From: a virus
Lineage: Monodnaviria; Loebvirae; Hofneiviricota; Faserviricetes; Tubulavirales; Inoviridae
Length of the DNA: 6,041 bases
Strand: one strand, 5' to 3'
IMG/VR virus record: IMGVR_UViG_2645727593_000001
Span: 1 to 6,041 of that record
The position numbers and the translations under genes are program-made. Positions 1-6,041 of this stretch are shown one piece after another (position 1 is the stretch's first letter; every line of letters begins with the position of its first letter). The notes under the pieces are model-generated. The model ran no database searches. It saw only the letters and a program-made list of their open reading frames with translations, and was not told the origin of the DNA.

Positions 1-525
<525 letters not shown>

Positions 526-526
<1 letters not shown>

Positions 527-981
527 CAGTCGTTCTCCTGCATCAATTGTTGGTATTCAAGTGCAAAAAGCTGGGCCAGTGTACGGACTTTGCCCTCGGT
601 GATTACTCCACCAGACAACACACTCTCCGCAGCAACCAGTTGTTGAGTCTTGGCACGACGCTGCCATTGTGCTTGTATTGCCTCGAGTTGCTGTAACCGT
701 CGTTCGATGTCGGCCAGTCTGGTCTGGTAGTCAGGCTGATGTTGTGTAAGTTGGGTCAACTTCGAATGTGCTTGCATGTTTTGCCATACCGGATTGGTAC
801 CCAATGCTTTGGCTCGAATCAGTGCCAGCGCAGGCGTCGCCAGGATGTAATACTTGGCAACAGTAAGTGAGGTATGTCCCAGAATATGCGCAATTTCTTC
901 GGCGCTGCCCCCTTGCTTTAACATAATATACATTATGCGCACTGTTATCAGGACTGATGAAAACCGAAGGCCAGTCATCAC
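526..981 (-). CDS. Hypothetical protein with an HTH-like or tyrosine-recombinase-C-terminus-like segment and a coiled-coil tail; true start uncertain
   Basis: The 151-aa frame begins at GTG 981 and its codons 13-22 are encoded by the dif-like site itself. Alternative ATG starts lie inside dif at 933-931 and 924-922. 'SAEEIAHILGHTSLTVAKYY' resembles both a helix-turn-helix and the LGH...Y region of a tyrosine recombinase, and 'QTRLADIERRLQQLEAIQAQWQRRAKTQQ' is coiled-coil-like. No confident family assignment. Confidence 0.4.
916..943 (-). other. dif: dif-like XerC/XerD recombination site; putative prophage attachment junction
   Basis: Minus strand reads AGTGCGCATAA-TGTATA-TTATGTTAAAG. Compared with E. 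coli dif as I recall it (GGTGCGCATAA-TGTATA-TTATGTTAAAT) that is 26 of 28, with an identical 6-bp central region and mismatches only at the outermost base of each arm. It lies ~260 bp beyond the stop of the last phage gene. Confidence 0.8.
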
Positions 982-1202
982 CAGAATTGCTGTAACCCAT
1001 CAATTTCATCAACTGGCCACATCAATGCATGGACGACTCACGCCTTGCGTCGTTCGTCTCGATAGCTGCCCTTTAAAAGCGGCCTGGCAGGAAGCGCGTT
1101 GCGCTGTCTCCTGCTGCTCTGTAATTTCTCCCTGGCTTCGGCGGTCAGGCAGCTGCATCACATGAAACATCATCATGCCGCCTTACATGCCGCGTTGCGG
1201 CA

Positions 1203-3517
<2,315 letters not shown>

Positions 3518-3528
3518 AAATCACCCTC

Positions 3529-3819
<291 letters not shown>

Positions 3820-3833
3820 TCACCACCTGATTA

Positions 3834-5483
<1,650 letters not shown>

Positions 5484-5487
5484 TTCA

Positions 5488-5658
5488 TCACCAGTAAAAA
5501 CTAAATGGTTTTACAATTCGACGGAAATCCTGATCGGCTTTTTCAAGGATAACTGAAACAACATATTCTTCAATGGTTGCATTTTTATTGTAAATAATTC
5601 TTTCTATCTGCTCGATAGTGTATTCCGGCAATTTAACTTTAAATTCTTGAGTAGACAT
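5488..5658 (-). CDS. Small hypothetical protein (56 aa) between the major coat gene and pIII; possible accessory (moron) gene
   Basis: Hand translation from ATG 5658-5656 to TGA 5490-5488 gives [62 protein letters not shown] Shine-Dalgarno about 4 nt upstream. The stop lies 4 nt before the pIII ATG. It is absent from the supplied ORF track, presumably for length. The protein is hydrophilic and charged, not coat-protein-like. Confidence 0.5.
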   Translation of the reverse strand: MSTQEFKVKLPEYTIEQIERIIYNKNATIEEYVVSVILEKADQDFRRIVKPFSFYW

Positions 5659-5750
5659 AAAACCTCACAAATTAGATTTAAACCCAATGACGCAACATAA
5701 CCCACAAAGGGAACCAAACATCATAAAAATAAAATCAAACATAAATATCC

Positions 5751-5777
5751 AAAAAAAGGGCGGAATATCCGCCCTTC
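5751..5777 (-). terminator. Rho-independent terminator downstream of the major coat protein gene
   Basis: On the minus strand a GC-rich stem GGGCGGA / TCCGCCC (7 bp, extendable to 9 with AA/TT) with loop TAT is followed by TTTTTTT. It begins about 16 nt after the pVIII stop. Ff phages have a strong terminator at the equivalent position. Confidence 0.75.
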
Positions 5778-5792
5778 CTCATAAAAAACAAC

Positions 5793-6041
5793 TCAGATAC
5801 TTCTGATGGCTCCCCATACTTTACGAACGCCAGCAAAAGTCAGATAAACTGTAACTCCTGCAACACCGATAGAAAGAATAACAGCAGAAACAGAAGACAT
5901 ATCAATGCTGTTAGTCAATGATGAAAAATCGACTGTACCAGCAAAAGACGGAGATACAGCAAGAGCAGAAGCAGCGGAAAAAGATAAAGCTGCAACTTTC
6001 TTATCAACACCCTTAAAAAAATTGGTCATTTTTGCAAACAT
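5793..6041 (-). CDS. pVIII-like major coat protein precursor
   Basis: 82 aa. Signal-like N-terminus ending 'ALAVSPSFA', then a mature region with an acidic/polar N-terminus, a hydrophobic core 'VSAVILSIGVAGVTVYLTFAG', and a basic C-terminus 'VRKVWGAIRSI', the typical inovirus major coat architecture. Followed by a terminator. The start codon is at the window edge. Confidence 0.8.
   Translation of the reverse strand: MFAKMTNFFKGVDKKVAALSFSAASALAVSPSFAGTVDFSSLTNSIDMSSVSAVILSIGVAGVTVYLTFAGVRKVWGAIRSI

Noticed and set aside
731-1012. 93-aa minus-strand ORF overlapping the dif region (TTG start)
   Set aside because: Overlaps the more plausible 526-981 frame, uses a TTG start, and its translation has no recognisable features. 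Probably spurious.
854-1165. 103-aa plus-strand ORF spanning dif and the intergenic region
   Set aside because: Cys- and Arg-rich translation with no start context; it covers what is most likely non-coding att and intergenic DNA.
1009-1176. 55-aa minus-strand ORF (MMMFHVMQLPDRR...) downstream of pIV
   Set aside because: Lies in the presumed intergenic att-proximal region, has no evident ribosome-binding site, and its composition is unremarkable. Mentioned in a finding only as a possibility.

Overview
Most of this window (about 916 to 6041) is the morphogenesis half of an integrated filamentous phage (Inovirus-type prophage), with all genes on the minus strand in the classic Ff order: major coat pVIII, an unexpected 56-aa ORF, adsorption protein pIII, pVI, the Zot-like assembly ATPase pI, and the pIV secretin. 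About 260 bp beyond the pIV stop lies a 28-bp site matching the E. coli dif sequence as I recall it at 26 of 28 positions, so the prophage appears to be a Xer-exploiting element (IMEX) integrated at dif. The replication half of the phage would lie beyond the right edge. Left of dif, the window holds a reading frame that runs across dif (HTH-like plus coiled-coil), a translationally coupled ORF fragment, and the N-terminal 133 aa of a retron-type reverse transcriptase that stops before its catalytic motifs. Everything here rests on reading the supplied translations and the sequence by eye; no database search was run, so family assignments are from recalled motifs and gene order. If something undescribed is here, the best candidates are the 56-aa ORF between pVIII and pIII and the composite junction at 300-1000.
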